64,000 bases of DNA from Pseudomonadota bacterium. GTDB lineage: Bacteria > Pseudomonadota > Alphaproteobacteria > Sphingomonadales > Sphingomonadaceae. Positions 21,007 through 30,960 of this stretch are shown here, one piece after another. The notes under the pieces are model-generated. The model had not been told where the DNA came from. It saw nothing but the letters and a program-made list of their open reading frames with translations, and made no database searches. The stretch lies in assembly GCA_039033835.1 (NCBI GenBank), contig JBCCBW010000019.1, positions 14,036 through 78,035 on the forward strand. Reading direction: 5' to 3'. A program made the translations under genes and the position numbers. Within the stretch, counting starts at the first letter, position 1. Every line of letters begins with the position of its first letter.

Positions 21007-21226
21007 CTACGCATTTCTGATAGGCCCGACGCTACGGAAAACTCCGCTTTCCGCCGTCGTGTGACGATAATGCCGCACTTTGTCGCACTTACTAGCGCTT
21101 TTGCTAGATGAGCGGCGCGACCCTGCCCCTACACTTCCAATCATACCGGAAGACGCAAAATCATGCGCGCCGGCGTTGGGGAACAGGGCCTCGGCCAAGG
21201 TCGAGGCTCTATAGGGAGAGAGCACG

Positions 21227-23764
21227 ATGACCAAACTTCACACCCGCATTGCCTCTGGTAACAGCGCACAGATGCTGCGCCGGACTTTTCTGAGCAGCGC
21301 GGCCATCGCGATATCGGTCGCTATGCCCAATGCTGCTTTCGCCCAAGACGGCCAACTGGAAGAAGTGGCTGAGGAGCAGGGCGAGGATGTGATCCTTGTG
21401 CAGGCGCGGCGTCAGACCGAAAGTCTCCAGGAAGTTCCCGTCACGGTCACCGTTCTCGGGAACGAGTTGCTAGAGCAGTACGGAGTCGATCAGGTGGCCG
21501 ATGTCGTTGGCCGCGTACCCTCCTTGAACGTGCAGGTCGGCGGATCTGGATCGGGCGGTCAGATTTCGCTACGCGGCGTGGGCTCTTCCAACATCTCGGC
21601 AGCCTTCGACAGCGCGGTCGCGTTCGATTTCGACGGTGTACAGATTTCGACCATGCGCCTCGTGCAGGCGGGCTTTTTCGACACCCAGCAGATCGATATT
21701 CTGAAAGGCCCGCAATCGCTGTTCTTCGGGAAGTCCGCATCTGCGGGCGTGTTCGCGATCCGATCCGCAGACCCAACGCCCGAATGGGAAGTGGGAGGGC
21801 AGGCCCAATACGAATTCGAGGAAGAGGGCTACACGGTCAACGGCTATATCTCAGGCCCGGTTACCGACACTCTGGGTATTCGCGTTGCCGCGCAATGGAA
21901 CGATATCGACGAATTTGTCGAACTGCAGCCAGGAGCAAACTCGGCCAACGGCGATTTCCGCGGACAGCAGAATCTGGTTGCGCGCCTGACACTCGATTGG
22001 GAGCCGGATGACCGCTTCGATGCGAATTTCAAACTCCAATATGTCAAGAACGAGGGCGATGGCGCGATCCAGCACTCTGACATTTTCTGCGGCGCCAATG
22101 GCGTGGCAGATCCGATCTTCCTGCTGCAAGGCGTCGTCGCGATCCCGGCAGGGAATGACTGCAACGCTTTCGATGGCAAATACCTGCTGTCGGACGCCGC
22201 GCCCTCGCTCGCTGCCGGCGTTCCCACTCCGTCGGAAGCAGCAGGCCGCAATGGCGTGCCGTTTGCTGAAACGGAAATCTGGTTTGGCCGGTTGTTGTTC
22301 AACCTCGATCTGTCGGACTACCTGACGCTGACATCGACATCGGGCTTTCTCGATCTCGATGCTGTCGATTTCGACTGCTATGGATATGTCGGCATCGGGC
22401 CGGCATTCTCACCCATTGGCAATGCAATTGCCGATCCGACATTCCTGGCAACCAATGCGCCAGCCCTTGCAGCGACCAACGGAGCGGGCGTGCCTCAGGG
22501 CGTCGGCTGTTCGGACCCGGTCAACCAGCTGGAACAATACACGCAGGAACTGCGGGTCACGTCGGACTTCGATGGCCCGTTCAACTTCATGGTCGGCGCA
22601 TTTTACGAAGATCGCACTTTCGTGTTCGACACCGCGCAGCAGGCGGTCAACATCTCGCTGATCGCCCCCGATCCGGTGACCGGGTTTACCTATGACTGGG
22701 ACAAGCGTCACGTAACCAAGACCGAAGCGATTTCGTTCTTCGGCTCGGTCATCTTCGATCTGACCGATCAGCTCGAACTGTCGGGCGGCCTGCGCTACAC
22801 CGACGAAAAGAAAACGCAGACCATCAGCGTGCCGTTCCTGCATACATTCCTGCAAGGGCCGGGTTTTGTCGCACCGGGCTTTTTCTCCGGACCGATCGAC
22901 TTTGCCGATGACAACATCTCGCCGGAAGTGACGCTGCGATATCAGGCGGCCGATGACATCAATGTCTTCGCCTCGTTCAAGACCGGGTTCAAATCCGGGG
23001 GTATCGATAACTCCGCGCTGCCATCCGCCAGCCTCAGCACGGCGGCGCTGTCAGGCAATTTCGACGCGTTGATCTTCGACTCCGAAACGACCATCGGCGG
23101 TGAAATCGGGGTCAAATCGCAATTCGCCGATCGCACTATCACCGTGAACGCCACGGCCTATTACTACGTGTTCGAAGACCTGCAGGTTCAGAACTTCGAC
23201 GCGGTCAACATCCAGTTCCTTACCCTCAACGCCGGTGAGCTTACCTCGCAGGGCGTGGACCTCGAACTGGGCTGGCGCACTCCGGTCGAAGGGCTGAGCA
23301 TTTCCGGCAACGTCGCCTATCTCGACGCGGAATTCAGCGACACCTTCATTACCAGTTCTGGCAACGATCTGGATGGACGCGACGCGGCGCGCGCGCCGAC
23401 CTGGTCCGGCAACCTGGCGGCCGACTGGATCATCCCGCTGGGCGACAGCCTTGATCTCGGGCTGGGCGGAAACATCATCTATTCCGATTCTTATTTCACC
23501 AATGAGGACACGCCGAACGACTTCAGACAAGATGACTATTTCGCCTTCGACGCCCGCATTTCGATCGGCGACGCCGATGGCAGGTGGAAGGTCGCGTTGG
23601 TCGGCAACAACCTCTCGGACGAGATTTGGGTCAACACATCCGGCCCACGCCCCTTCCTCTCACCAGGCGGCGCCGCAGGCTTTGGCTTGCCGCTGGGCGA
23701 TGATGAGGTGGTGACCCAGAACCGCGGTCGTCAGATCTTTGTCGAGACCAGCTTCCGTTTCTAG
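21227..23764 (+). CDS. TonB-dependent receptor
   Basis: signal peptide, ILVQARRQTESLQEVP TonB-box/plug start, ILKGPQSLFFG, C-terminal F; 845 aa. Confidence 0.95.
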   Translation: MTKLHTRIASGNSAQMLRRTFLSSAAIAISVAMPNAAFAQDGQLEEVAEEQGEDVILVQARRQTESLQEVPVTVTVLGNELLEQYGVDQVADVVGRVPSLNVQVGGSGSGGQISLRGVGSSNISAAFDSAVAFDFDGVQISTMRLVQAGFFDTQQIDILKGPQSLFFGKSASAGVFAIRSADPTPEWEVGGQAQYEFEEEGYTVNGYISGPVTDTLGIRVAAQWNDIDEFVELQPGANSANGDFRGQQNLVARLTLDWEPDDRFDANFKLQYVKNEGDGAIQHSDIFCGANGVADPIFLLQGVVAIPAGNDCNAFDGKYLLSDAAPSLAAGVPTPSEAAGRNGVPFAETEIWFGRLLFNLDLSDYLTLTSTSGFLDLDAVDFDCYGYVGIGPAFSPIGNAIADPTFLATNAPALAATNGAGVPQGVGCSDPVNQLEQYTQELRVTSDFDGPFNFMVGAFYEDRTFVFDTAQQAVNISLIAPDPVTGFTYDWDKRHVTKTEAISFFGSVIFDLTDQLELSGGLRYTDEKKTQTISVPFLHTFLQGPGFVAPGFFSGPIDFADDNISPEVTLRYQAADDINVFASFKTGFKSGGIDNSALPSASLSTAALSGNFDALIFDSETTIGGEIGVKSQFADRTITVNATAYYYVFEDLQVQNFDAVNIQFLTLNAGELTSQGVDLELGWRTPVEGLSISGNVAYLDAEFSDTFITSSGNDLDGRDAARAPTWSGNLAADWIIPLGDSLDLGLGGNIIYSDSYFTNEDTPNDFRQDDYFAFDARISIGDADGRWKVALVGNNLSDEIWVNTSGPRPFLSPGGAAGFGLPLGDDEVVTQNRGRQIFVETSFRF

Positions 23765-23787
23765 TCGAACACGCAGTTCGTCACGAG

Positions 23788-23820
23788 CGGGCGGGCCTTT
23801 TGGTCCGCCCGTTTGGCTTT
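23788..23820 (+). terminator. putative rho-independent terminator after the TonB-dependent receptor
   Basis: CGGGCGGGCC-TTTT-GGTCCGCCCG stem followed by TTTGGCTTT. Confidence 0.65.
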
Positions 23821-23914
23821 GGGAAAACTAAGCCAACCTCTCACAAAAATGACCGTTGCCGCTAGGGCGCTGCAAGGCGCATCCTCTGGGCATGATTTCG
23901 ATTGGAGGCATACG

Positions 23915-25138
23915 ATGTCGCGCGAAGAACTGATCACCATGACCCGCAGCCTCATCGCCCATGGCGAGGCGGATACGATGGAGCTCGCCGATGATGTGGT
24001 GCGGATACCGGCGAGCGCCTATACCGATCCTGACCTGTTCGAGCTGGAAAAGCGCAACATCTTCCGCCGTCTGCCGCTGATGGTCGCGCCGTCCTGCGAA
24101 CTGCCTGAGCCGGGCGATTTCAAGGCGATGGATATCTGCGGCGTGCCGCTGTTGCTCTCTCGCCAAAAAGACGGCGAAGTGATTGCCTATCTCAACATGT
24201 GCACCCATCGCGGCAATCCCTTGGCGAGCGGAACCGGCAATGCCAGCCGCTTCACCTGCGGCTATCACGGTTGGACGTTCAAGCAGGATGGCGATCTGAT
24301 CGGCGTCGCTTCACCGGGAGACTTCGGCGCGATCGACAAGGCCGCGCATTGCCTCCACCGCTTCCCTGTGCACGAAAGCGCGGGACTGATCTGGGTGACT
24401 CTCGATCCCAAATCGAAGCTTTCGATCGAAGATTATCTGTGCGGCTATGACAGCCTGCTCGAAGCCTTCGGGTTCAAGGACTGGACGCTGTTCGCGCAGC
24501 GCACTCTATCAGGCCCGAACTGGAAGACCGCCTATGATGGCTATCTCGATTTCTACCACCTGCCAGTGCTGCACAAGGACACGTTTGGCGCAGACTTCTT
24601 CAACCGCGCGAACTACTTTTTCTGGGGCCCGCATCAACGGCTCTCCAGCCCATCGAAATTCGCGCAAAAGACCGGCAGCGACGAGATGCTCGATCTGTCG
24701 CAAATGTCGGACGACGATCTGCCTGATGATGCGTTGACCCAGGGCGTGTGGACGATCTTCCCGCATATCTCGATCGCGAGCTTTTACGGCGGCGGTCAGC
24801 GCGGGGCGATGATCAGTCAGCTGTTCCCCGGCGACGCGGTTGGCGAAAGCTACACGACGCAGTTTTATGTGATGGAAAACCAGCCCGAAACCGAAGAGGA
24901 TGTGAAGTCGGCCCACGAGCAGTTCGACTTCCTCGAAGTGGTGGTACGCGACGAGGATTACGCGACCGGCAAGCGCCAGCATGAAGCGCTACAATCCGGC
25001 CTGCTGCCCGAAGTGCTGTTCGGTCGCAACGAAGGCGGCGGGCAGGTTTTTCACCAGTGGGTCGAAAAGCTGATCAAGGCTTCGGACGATGATCTGTTGG
25101 AGATTTTCGCACAGGAACAGCGCGAAGCAGCGGAGTGA
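23915..25138 (+). CDS. Rieske non-heme iron oxygenase alpha subunit (2)
   Basis: CTH...CGYH and DFYHLPVLH motifs; GGAGG RBS before ATG 23915. Confidence 0.92.
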   Translation: MSREELITMTRSLIAHGEADTMELADDVVRIPASAYTDPDLFELEKRNIFRRLPLMVAPSCELPEPGDFKAMDICGVPLLLSRQKDGEVIAYLNMCTHRGNPLASGTGNASRFTCGYHGWTFKQDGDLIGVASPGDFGAIDKAAHCLHRFPVHESAGLIWVTLDPKSKLSIEDYLCGYDSLLEAFGFKDWTLFAQRTLSGPNWKTAYDGYLDFYHLPVLHKDTFGADFFNRANYFFWGPHQRLSSPSKFAQKTGSDEMLDLSQMSDDDLPDDALTQGVWTIFPHISIASFYGGGQRGAMISQLFPGDAVGESYTTQFYVMENQPETEEDVKSAHEQFDFLEVVVRDEDYATGKRQHEALQSGLLPEVLFGRNEGGGQVFHQWVEKLIKASDDDLLEIFAQEQREAAE

Positions 25139-25142
25139 ACAG

Positions 25143-25218
25143 CCCACCCCGCTGCGACTAGCCAGCAAGCTGGCAAGTCTCGCTCCCCTCCCGCAAGCGG
25201 GAGGGGCTTGGGGGTGGG
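25143..25218. repeat. palindromic intergenic repeat (RPE/REP-like)
   Basis: outer CCCACCCC/GGGGTGGG arms enclosing hairpins GCCAGC-AA-GCTGGC and CCCCTCCCGC-AA-GCGGGAGGGG, between convergent genes. Confidence 0.7.
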
Positions 25219-25231
25219 TCCGAGTACAACC

Positions 25232-26179
25232 TCACCCAAAAGCAGGCCGGAAATTGCTCTCCCCCCAATCCTGACGCTTGGTCCATGTGCCAAGATCTTC
25301 CAGCTCCCCCTCCAGTTCGGGAAAGCGTTCGTAGACATGGTCCATGTCCACCTCGAAGGGCCGCGTGGGCGCTTCGTTGTTGTATTCGTAGAACGCCTGA
25401 ATACCCTTGGCGAAATCCTCGCGCATTTCCGCTGGCATGGTGTCGCCTGCCGCTTCGACCAGATAGCGTCCGAATTCCTCCGGCGTGCACGGATCGTAAG
25501 TGATGTCCTTGTCCAGCGCTGCGGAGAGATATTTGGTGACCTGTTTACCAACCAGCCGCTCAGGACCGCCAATGTTCAGCCACGCGCCTTCCATGTCGGG
25601 GCGCTCAAGGCTCGCGAGCATGAACTTCGCGACATCATCGAGGCTGATCCAGTTGGCCTCCAGCTCAGGATTGTGCGGGTATACATAGCGTCCCTCATTG
25701 ACGATAAAGGGCCGCGCCCAGTTGGTCAGCAGATTGTCCATGAACAATACGCTGCCAAACACGGTTCCCGGTGCACCCGAACGCCACAGCGCGTTGATAC
25801 CCTTGGTGTTTTCGCCATAAGTGAACGGGTCACCGGGCCTGTCAGGTATCCAGCTTGAGGTGTTCCAGACGACGCGCTTTACATTCAGCTCCGCCGCCAC
25901 CTTGCCCAGATCACCGATCAGCACGGCCCGATCGGCACGCGCCTGAAGCGGGTGGGTGTAGAATATGTAATCCGATCCTTCGAGCGCACCTTTGAATGTC
26001 GACGTATCGTAGAGGTCCATCGGGCGCACCTCGACGCGTTCGACACCGTCAATCTTCGCGCCCCCGAACGGATCTTCCTGACGTGAAATCGCGCGCACAT
26101 CATAGCCTGCCTTCAAGGCCTGCCTCACCTGCGCCATACCCTGCCGACCACTCGCGCCGATTACCGTGATGAGTGCCAT
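25232..26179 (-). CDS. NmrA-like NAD(P)-binding protein
   Basis: VIGASGRQG, ANWISLDDVA, IGGPERL pattern. Confidence 0.85.
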   Translation of the reverse strand: MALITVIGASGRQGMAQVRQALKAGYDVRAISRQEDPFGGAKIDGVERVEVRPMDLYDTSTFKGALEGSDYIFYTHPLQARADRAVLIGDLGKVAAELNVKRVVWNTSSWIPDRPGDPFTYGENTKGINALWRSGAPGTVFGSVLFMDNLLTNWARPFIVNEGRYVYPHNPELEANWISLDDVAKFMLASLERPDMEGAWLNIGGPERLVGKQVTKYLSAALDKDITYDPCTPEEFGRYLVEAAGDTMPAEMREDFAKGIQAFYEYNNEAPTRPFEVDMDHVYERFPELEGELEDLGTWTKRQDWGESNFRPAFG

Positions 26180-26307
26180 CTATCGTCTCCCCAATCTCTC
26201 GTAGGGGAGACTAGATTTCGCACCGCACGCACGCACCGCGCCAAAGTGATAGCATCCTAGCAAAAGCGCCCCTTGTCGCCGCGGCGACCGTCCGGACAAA
26301 GTGAACC

Positions 26308-27309
26308 ATGGACAATGAATTCTGGCGCATAGAACGTCGACCGGAGGGTACCGATTTCGCGAGCGCTCTGGCATTGGTGGAAGACCCTTTGGCCGAGCTT
26401 GCCCATGGCGAGATCCGCATCCGGAACGCGATGCTGTCGATGGATGCAGGCACACGCCTGTGGCTGACCGACCGCGAGGATGGTTATCAGCCGCCTTTGC
26501 CCGTCGGCGCACCGATGACGGGGCTGGTGGTGGGCGAAGTGATCGCTTCGAAAGCTGACGGGTTTACCGAGGGCGATCTGGTGCGGGCGTTTGGTGTGTG
26601 GGGCCGGATCAGCCAGGTCGATGCGGCGATGTCGGGCGCGGTGAAGCTCGACCCATCGGTAGCGGACAGGCGCGCTTGGTTCGGTCCGCTCGGGATGAAT
26701 GGCTGGACCGCGCTGTGGGGTGTTGAACAGACCGGCGCAGCCAAGTCGGGAGAGCGGGTGTTGGTATCCGCCGCAGCAGGTGCGACCGGGATACTCGCAG
26801 TGCAGATCGCACGGATACTGGGCTGCGAGGCCTGGGGCATCGCCGGTGGCGCAGACAAATGCCGGATGCTGATCGAAAAGTTCGGGATCGACGGGGCCGT
26901 GGATTACAAACGGGAGGATGTCGGCGCGCAGCTCGATGCGGCAGGCGGCTTCGACGTCTATTTCGACAATGTCGGCGGGCCGCTGCTCGACGAAGTGCTC
27001 ACCCGCATGAACCATTACGGGCGGGTCGCGGTGTGCGGACTGCTCGCCGATTACGGCTCGGACAGGCGCACATCGCCCAAGGAATACGATCAGGTGCTGA
27101 TGCGGCGCTTGCGGATCGAGGGATTCTTCTCCCCCGACTTCATGGATCGCGGGGCAGAGCTGACAGCAAGGCTGCGCGAATGGACGGAAGCAGGGAGACT
27201 AACCATGCCGTATGACATCACGACGGGTCTCGACAACACCCTCAACGCCTATGAAAAGCTCTTCACCGGCAGGAACATCGGCAAAGTCATCGTGGAGCTG
27301 GAGACATGA
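26308..27309 (+). CDS. NADP-dependent oxidoreductase (MDR, prostaglandin reductase/alkenal reductase-like) (1)
   Basis: LSMDAGTR, VSAAAGATG, GIAGG, FDNVGG, GRVAVCG, NIGKVIV. Confidence 0.9.
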   Translation: MDNEFWRIERRPEGTDFASALALVEDPLAELAHGEIRIRNAMLSMDAGTRLWLTDREDGYQPPLPVGAPMTGLVVGEVIASKADGFTEGDLVRAFGVWGRISQVDAAMSGAVKLDPSVADRRAWFGPLGMNGWTALWGVEQTGAAKSGERVLVSAAAGATGILAVQIARILGCEAWGIAGGADKCRMLIEKFGIDGAVDYKREDVGAQLDAAGGFDVYFDNVGGPLLDEVLTRMNHYGRVAVCGLLADYGSDRRTSPKEYDQVLMRRLRIEGFFSPDFMDRGAELTARLREWTEAGRLTMPYDITTGLDNTLNAYEKLFTGRNIGKVIVELET

Positions 27310-27845
27310 ACATGCGCCTCGAAGATCGCGCTGCAATCACCGATGTGATCGCCGCCTATGCCCACGCCATCGACCGCCGCCGGTGGGGCATGATGGAGCA
27401 TCTGTTTCACGACGATGCGCAGTTTCAGTTCGGCGATCTCGTCGGCGACTGGCGCGGTTTCGTCGATCAGGCGCGCGCGATCATCGACCCGTGCCTCGCA
27501 ACCCAGCATCAGCTTGGGCAGATCCAGTTCGGGTTCGAAGGAGCCGATGTCTGCCACACCGAAACCTATATGACCGCGATGCACACGGTCCCGGCAGGCT
27601 ATTCCATTCCTGATGTGTTTCCCGACAAAGCCGCAATCTACTCCGCCGTCATAGCCGGTCGCTATGTCGATCGGTTTGAGAAGCGCGGCGGTGATTGGCG
27701 AATTGCGCGCCGCACCGGCCTGTATGACTGGCGCGAATTTCGTCAGGTCGAAGGCGTCGATCTTTCCGAAATGCCCGAAGGATCATGCGGTTATCACGGT
27801 AAGCAGGATCCCTCGACGCCGGTTGTCGCGCGGTGGCTGGGTTAG
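27306..27845 (+). CDS. NTF2/SnoaL-like protein (SnoaL_4 type)
   Basis: DRAAITDVIAAYAHAIDRRRW, TQHQL, GRYVDRFEKRGGDWRIARR. Confidence 0.85.
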   Translation: MNMRLEDRAAITDVIAAYAHAIDRRRWGMMEHLFHDDAQFQFGDLVGDWRGFVDQARAIIDPCLATQHQLGQIQFGFEGADVCHTETYMTAMHTVPAGYSIPDVFPDKAAIYSAVIAGRYVDRFEKRGGDWRIARRTGLYDWREFRQVEGVDLSEMPEGSCGYHGKQDPSTPVVARWLG

Positions 27846-28255
27846 CGCTTGATCGCAAACACCCCGGTCATCGTCGCGATAGGCTCAGCGCCGCGGCGAA
27901 TTTCGCCCGACGTGTAGGCCGTCCGCCCGCCCAGCCGATCGATCCGCACATAGGCCTCCAGCCAATCGCCAAGCTTCGCGCCGTGCAGATAGTTCACGCC
28001 CAGCGTAATCGTCGACGGGATCAGCCGCGGTCGCTCCGCGTCATAAACCGCATGGCTGAGTGCAACGTCGGCAAAGGTCGAGATTACCCCGCCATGCGCG
28101 GCGTCCTGATAATTGATGTGGTGCGGCTCTATCCGCAAGCCTACTATCTGCGGACCCTCCGCTTGCGTGCGCAGAAAATACGGTCCCCCGTGGTCCAAGA
28201 ATCCGGGCGAGAAGTGCGCAGGCTCGAAGCCGTCTGGCGGTTCATGATTGTCCAT
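27842..28255 (-). CDS. PaaI/hot-dog thioesterase
   Basis: HINYQDAAHGGVISTFAD motif, about 137 aa; start could be 28264. Confidence 0.88.
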   Translation of the reverse strand: MDNHEPPDGFEPAHFSPGFLDHGGPYFLRTQAEGPQIVGLRIEPHHINYQDAAHGGVISTFADVALSHAVYDAERPRLIPSTITLGVNYLHGAKLGDWLEAYVRIDRLGGRTAYTSGEIRRGAEPIATMTGVFAIKR

Positions 28256-28344
28256 TGCACGCACAGCCTAACCCACAATCGCACCGAACTACGGCTATGC
28301 ATTCTGACAATGACTCGCAGGAAGAACGCGCGTAGCCTTGCCGG

Positions 28345-29946
28345 ATGGGACAGGAAACATCGATCGCGGCGAGCCAGGAAGCTCAATCCTTTTGCGACAT
28401 CGTGCGCGAGCACGCGCGCAATCAGGGCGACACCGCCGCCTTCACCTATGGCGACGAGGTCATCACCTTTGCCGAGCTTAACGAGGGCAGCAACCGGGTT
28501 GCCAATGCGCTGAGCGCGCTGGGCGTGCGCAAGGGCGAGCGTGTGGCGTTTCTCGGCAAGAACCACCCGCTTTATTTCGAGGCATTCATCGGCGCGGCCA
28601 AGATCGGCGCGGTCATGACGCCGGTGAACTGGCGGCTCGCCCCGCCCGAAGTCGCCTATATCCTCGCCAATTGCGAAGCGCGGGTGACCTTCATTGGCGA
28701 AGGCTTTGCCGACATCCTGGCGCAAATCCGGTCGGACACACCCGATGTCGAACAGGTCATCGGCATCGATGCGCCCGACCATTCCGGCACCGACTACCGC
28801 ATCTGGCGCGACGGCTTTTCGCCCAAGCCGATCATCGCCGATGTCGGCCTCGATGACGATGCGCTGCAACTCTACACCTCGGGCACGACCGGACGGCCCA
28901 AGGGTGCGGTGATCACGCATGGATCGATCCTGTCGAGCCGCGACGCCGCCGGTCAGGGTGAGATGCGGCAGTGGCAGGAGCCGGTCGAAGGTGACGTGAC
29001 GCTGCTCGCCATGCCGTGCTTTCACATCAGCGGCACCGGCACCGGCATCACGACGATGGTCGCGGGCACGAACGCCATCGTCCTGCCCGAATACGATCCG
29101 ACCAGGGCGCTCGACCTGATCGAGAATTTCAACATCTCGAAAATCTTCCTTGTCCCCGCCGCGATCCAGATCTTGCTCAATCACCCGCGTTCGAAAGAGG
29201 TTGATTTCAGCCGCCTCCAATACATCACCTATGGCGCTTCGCCGATCCCGCTTGAGCTGATGAAACAGGCGATGGACGTGCTCGGTTGCGGGTTTGTGCA
29301 GATGTACGGAATGACCGAGACGAGCGGCACCATCGTCGCGCTCGATCCCGAAGACCACGTACCCGAAGGCTCACCCAGAATGCGCAGTGTCGGCACGCCT
29401 CTCCCGGGTGTCGAGATCAAGATCATCGACGAAGCAGGCGAAGAGGTGCCTGTCGGCACGGTCGGCGAGATCGCCACACGCTCATCGAAGAACATGAGCC
29501 GTTACTGGAACAATCCCGAGGCAACCGCCGAAACCATCGATGCCGAAGGCTGGCTGCGGACCGGCGATGCCGGGTATCTCGACGAAGACGGCTATCTTTA
29601 TATTCACGACCGGGTGAAGGACATGATCATATCGGGCGGTGAGAACATCTACCCCGCCGAGGTCGAAAACGCGCTCTACGCCCACCCCAAGGTAGCCGAT
29701 GTCGCGGTGATCGGCGTGCCGAGCGAGAAGTGGGGCGAGGCAGTGAAGGCATGCGTGGTGGTGAAGGACGGCGAGGCGTTGTCGGAAGCCGAGATGATCG
29801 CCCATGCCCGCGAGCACATCGCGGGCTACAAATGCCCGAAATCGGTCGACTTCATCGACGCATTACCGCGCAATCCTTCGGGGAAGATCCTGCGCCGCGA
29901 GCTGCGCGCGCCCTATTGGGAAGGCAAAATCCGCGCGGTGAACTGA
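28345..29946 (+). CDS. long-chain fatty acid--CoA ligase family (ANL)
   Basis: YTSGTTGRPKG, YGMTET, TGDAG, DRVKDMIISGGEN, PRNPSGK. Confidence 0.95.
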   Translation: MGQETSIAASQEAQSFCDIVREHARNQGDTAAFTYGDEVITFAELNEGSNRVANALSALGVRKGERVAFLGKNHPLYFEAFIGAAKIGAVMTPVNWRLAPPEVAYILANCEARVTFIGEGFADILAQIRSDTPDVEQVIGIDAPDHSGTDYRIWRDGFSPKPIIADVGLDDDALQLYTSGTTGRPKGAVITHGSILSSRDAAGQGEMRQWQEPVEGDVTLLAMPCFHISGTGTGITTMVAGTNAIVLPEYDPTRALDLIENFNISKIFLVPAAIQILLNHPRSKEVDFSRLQYITYGASPIPLELMKQAMDVLGCGFVQMYGMTETSGTIVALDPEDHVPEGSPRMRSVGTPLPGVEIKIIDEAGEEVPVGTVGEIATRSSKNMSRYWNNPEATAETIDAEGWLRTGDAGYLDEDGYLYIHDRVKDMIISGGENIYPAEVENALYAHPKVADVAVIGVPSEKWGEAVKACVVVKDGEALSEAEMIAHAREHIAGYKCPKSVDFIDALPRNPSGKILRRELRAPYWEGKIRAVN

Positions 29947-29947
29947 C

Positions 29948-30484
29948 ATGGGCACGCTCCCCGATCTGCCGGTCCAGCAACTGGCCTATGCGGTTGACGA
30001 CATCGAGACAGCGGCTCGCGCGCATTGCGCTGCATTCGGGTCCGGCCCGTACTTCATCTTTCGCCATGTCCCGCTCACACAAAGCACCCATCGCGGCGTT
30101 GAACGAGCGTTCGATCACTCCTCCGCTTACGGCCAGTGGGGCGAGGTGATGGTCGAGTTCGTTCAGGTGCACAGTGAGCAGCCGAACGCAATATCGGACC
30201 TGTTCCCCGATCGCTCGGCAGCTTCGGGACTGCACCATACGGCGGTGTTTGTGGACGACCTGGCAGCGGGCATCGCGCAGTTCGAAGGTGCCGGCATGCC
30301 GCTCGCCCAGCTTTGCGAGACGGCAACCGGAACCCGATTTGCCTTCATGGATGCCACCGCCTCGCTCGGCCATATGATCGAGCTTTACGAGCCCGATGAC
30401 GCGATCAGGGGCTTTTATGCAATGGTTCAGGAGGCTTCGCAGGAATGGGATGGAACCGACCCACTGCGCGAACTGGGAGAGTGA
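29948..30484 (+). CDS. VOC/glyoxalase family protein (1)
   Basis: QQLAYAVDDI, VEFVQ, GLHHTAVFVDD, HMIELYE. Confidence 0.85.
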   Translation: MGTLPDLPVQQLAYAVDDIETAARAHCAAFGSGPYFIFRHVPLTQSTHRGVERAFDHSSAYGQWGEVMVEFVQVHSEQPNAISDLFPDRSAASGLHHTAVFVDDLAAGIAQFEGAGMPLAQLCETATGTRFAFMDATASLGHMIELYEPDDAIRGFYAMVQEASQEWDGTDPLRELGE

Positions 30485-30485
30485 A

Positions 30486-30959
30486 ATGATCGATCTCGAC
30501 GATGCTTCGAATGCGAATGAGCGGCTCGCGCTCCAGATATTCAAGGCGATGAATGACGGGCGGATCGTCGAGGCGTTGCCCGAACTGACCACGCCCGATT
30601 TCGTCTGGTCGAATAGCGGTCTTCCCGACTTGAAAGGGCAGCAGGCGGTCCACGATTTGCTCACCTCAGGCGGATTCGCTAACGAAATACCGATCCTTGC
30701 CGAGATGACCCACTTTACCGCCGACCTCATCCATATCGCATCGAGCGGCGACACGGTCTTCACCGAACGGGTCGACCATCACTGGGCAGACGATGGGCGC
30801 GATCTCATGACCCCGCATATATGCGGCGTGGTCGAAATTCGCGATGGCAGGATTTCGCGGCTGCACGATTTCTATGACACGGCTTGTTACCAACAGGAAC
30901 CCACCCCACCGCAGGCTGGATTCACGCTAGCAGAGCGGCATCCGGAGCGGGTGGGTTAA
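30486..30959 (+). CDS. limonene-1,2-epoxide hydrolase family (NTF2 fold) (1)
   Basis: VFTERVD (R-x-D) and RLHDFYD catalytic-type motifs; start at ATG 30486. Confidence 0.8.
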   Translation: MIDLDDASNANERLALQIFKAMNDGRIVEALPELTTPDFVWSNSGLPDLKGQQAVHDLLTSGGFANEIPILAEMTHFTADLIHIASSGDTVFTERVDHHWADDGRDLMTPHICGVVEIRDGRISRLHDFYDTACYQQEPTPPQAGFTLAERHPERVG

Positions 30960-30960
30960 C

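Noticed and set aside
21091-21108. CTAGCGCTTTTTGCTAG as a sigma-54 promoter
   Set aside because: It lacks the invariant GG at -24. It is only a weak palindrome, although a similar GCGCTTTTGCTAG occurs on the minus strand near 26257-26269.
15911-21250. GST and the TonB receptor both begin MTKLH(S/T)R (ATGACCAAACT...)
   Set aside because: The match is short, typical of A-rich translation starts, and has no flanking similarity; probably coincidence.
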